From Eledone cirrhosa (taxonomy: Eukaryota): a stretch of 64,000 nt of DNA. The stretch spans positions 367,598,001 through 367,662,000 of the forward strand of contig OZ024741.1 in the NCBI GenBank assembly GCA_964016885.1. The letters are read 5' to 3'. The notes under the pieces were generated by a model that was given only the letters and a program-made list of their open reading frames with translations, did no database searches and had not been told where the DNA came from. The position numbers and the translations under genes are program-made. Shown here one piece after another: positions 61,632 to 64,000 of the stretch (within the stretch, counting starts at the first letter, position 1; the number at the start of each line of letters is the position of its first letter).

Positions 61632-62454
61632 TTATTTATACTCCAGTCCTATAAAATGTTGAGTGCTACTTATCCGATATTTGCATTGCTTTATTGTGTT
61701 ACAATAAAACTCACCTCCTACATATATATATATATAAGTTAAAACAATGAAATAAAAAAATCAAGTAATTAGAAATATACTTCACTGCTTTACGATCGTT
61801 TCTAGGTGATGATAATATATCGTAACTATACTTCGTTATCGATCTATGTAAGGTTAGTTACAAAATATCAGATAAAGAGAATATTTACTTACATGCATAT
61901 CACCAGCTGTTGTCAAAAGCAATAATAATTGTATTCAAAATTAGTAGTAAATTAGTATTTTGTTTAGTTCTATTACCTTATTTGGAAGTAGCTGAAGAAC
62001 TAACCAATCAGATTGTTTTTTTTTCTAGACTAGATCCACAGGCGGGGGAGAACCAGTGCGTTTAATATATATATTTGAGAGAGAGACGGAGAGAAAAGAC
62101 ATAGACGCGCACACACATATACGATAGATGTAAAACATACTATATCTATAGATATTCCGTTGAGTATTTAATATAATCCCGTGTGATTAGTTCATCTAAT
62201 TGTCAGATAAATATTGGAAATAATCGGCAAATGTTTCCTATCAACCGTCTGCAATTCTTTTCCTTCCCACTCTTGAACCCCTAATTGTTTCAAATAAATA
62301 TTAACCACACCAGTTAGGGAAAAGCCTGTGAATGTCCTGATCGCAGCCAGCTCCTTTTTTTTTTTTTTGAGAAAAATTATTACCCCCAAAAAATGTAAAG
62401 GAGCACATCAAGTGACCGGCTGATATTATTTTCCGGGCAGTATCAGGAGAGGGT

Positions 62455-62620
62455 CGGACGCCATGCTTTGTAGCATAGAGTTACGCCCCTTTATGGTCTG
62501 AGTTCAAATCCCACCGAGGTTTCACTTTGCCTTTCATCCTTACGGAGTCGATAAAATAAAGTACCAGTAATGCACTAGCATAATTGCTGGCCTTGTGCCA
62601 AAAATAGAAACAATTATTAT
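62455..62620 (+). mobile_element. tRNA-derived SINE with ATT tail
   Basis: gagttcaaatcccaccgagg..ctttgcctttcatcc..aaagtaccagt..ggccttgtgcc..agaaacaattattat. Confidence 0.8.
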
Positions 62621-64000
62621 CCGGGCACAACAACTGATAAAAAGATCTGGGATTTGAACTCAGGGTGATCAAATGCTGCAAAACCGTCCATCTATCTCTT
62701 TAACAATTCTGTCAATACACAGCCGTTAGACTTGTACTTCACTTATCGACCCCGAAAAGGTATAAAGGCAAATTTGACCTCCTTCAGAGTTTAACTCGGT
62801 GCTCAGAGAACCCAGAACAAATAACAGTGTGCAGTGGATAAATGATATTCTTTGATGGGTGATTGATGAAAAGAATAATGCCATGATTGAGTTGTTAACA
62901 ACGTTTATTTTATAACAACAATATTCAGTTTGTACATCGAGTAATAATATTTATGACATGAATTATCCCTACATTAATTAGTTGACTAACTTCTACAAGC
63001 TAGCGTAAATACATGTATCACAGAAAACGATATAGTAAATGTTGTGTTGTATCTTACAAATACAATATGACTGGAAGAATAGAACGAGTTTAGAATGTAA
63101 ACAATAGGAACTTACTATGTGTGTGTGTGTATTCTTAGTATACGTTATTGTCGTAGTAGTAGTGGTCAATCTGTCAAGCAGGCATGGCCTTGTCTGTGGC
63201 CAACAAGGTGAGAACCAGTAAGGGCCAGGAGAGAGAAAGGGTAAGAGATCTGCTGATGCGTACATCGTTATCACTCGTTGACTGTTGCTTCGGGTCTGGC
63301 CTTGGGTTTCCTAAGTCGTTGTATTTATAATAACCTTATAGTTAGAAGAATGTGTATATGAGGTTGATTTATGACCAGCCATGTGGATATTGTCTCCCAG
63401 GAAGCTGGGTTCAGATGTCAAGTGGTATGTACGTTTATCATCGTTGTCTTTGACAAGACAATGGTGGGAACCTCCAACGATAGATGGTCCCAGATGCGAG
63501 AAACCTCAGATTCGGTTTCATATCTTCGCCACTAAAACATAGGAGTATTCCGTTATAAGTGTATTTAACCCGGCATTTTAACGACTGAGCATTTCGCCGC
63601 CATAATGTTTTTTTTTAAATCTTATCTGGGATAGATCAGCTCACACTTTTGTGTTTCAATGATAGAGTCTTCAGTCCTCCAATGAAAACGTAGCGTGAAA
63701 TGAAGTGCCATGCTCAAGAAGACAACATATCATCCTATCCTGGAATAAAACTCACTACCTTACGATCAAGAAACCAACACCGTAACTACCAGGTCATACA
63801 CCTTCACGCTAGAAAAAAAATTACAATTCATCCTTTTAACGGCATAAAACAGGAACTGAGTGCAGGTCCTCATAAAATTCTTCTTGGGTTAGTTCTACCC
63901 ATATGTATGATTGTCTTTCCTCCTCTTTTAATATGGAGAAATATATTTGTTACATCCCTTTACTGGTTTCAGTCATAAGATTGCTGCCATGATGTGACAC

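Noticed and set aside
61786-61845. GAAA-cgatcg-TA palindromic stem III on minus strand
   Set aside because: No intact CUGANGA box
62890-63480. Possible solo LTR or host exon
   Set aside because: No TSD, no clear termini, no recognisable protein motif or supported splice structure

Overview
AT-rich, microsatellite-saturated animal DNA. The SINE types and repeat landscape suggest a cephalopod/octopus-like genome (inference). I see no convincing host gene; nearly all track ORFs are microsatellite artefacts or antisense shadows. The window is a nest of retroelements that each sit in a particular simple repeat. (1) In (TA)n tracts, mainly 1.9-21.7 kb and 59-61.7 kb: Penelope-like elements (PLEs, RT + GIY-YIG) of at least three types, many fold-back palindromes, and two non-coding tandem repeats (468-bp and 485-bp units) with one minimal type I hammerhead ribozyme (HHR) per unit, i.e. 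retrozyme-like elements. By eye I count about 16 HHR motifs from about 10 distinct sequence families. (2) At 25.6-40.4 kb: a head-to-tail array of six L1/Tx1-clade LINE insertions, each bounded by (AAT)n. Two are full length, with near-identical ORF2 but very different 5'UTR/ORF1, and one has an intact 1139-aa ORF2. (3) At 43.4-45.4 kb: a sister Tx1 family sitting in (GATA)n instead. (4) A ~12.9-kb GGT-based minisatellite. Also RTE-LINE relics, tRNA-type SINEs and a non-autonomous Helitron. All calls were made by eye, without alignments, folding or database searches, so some boundaries are approximate.
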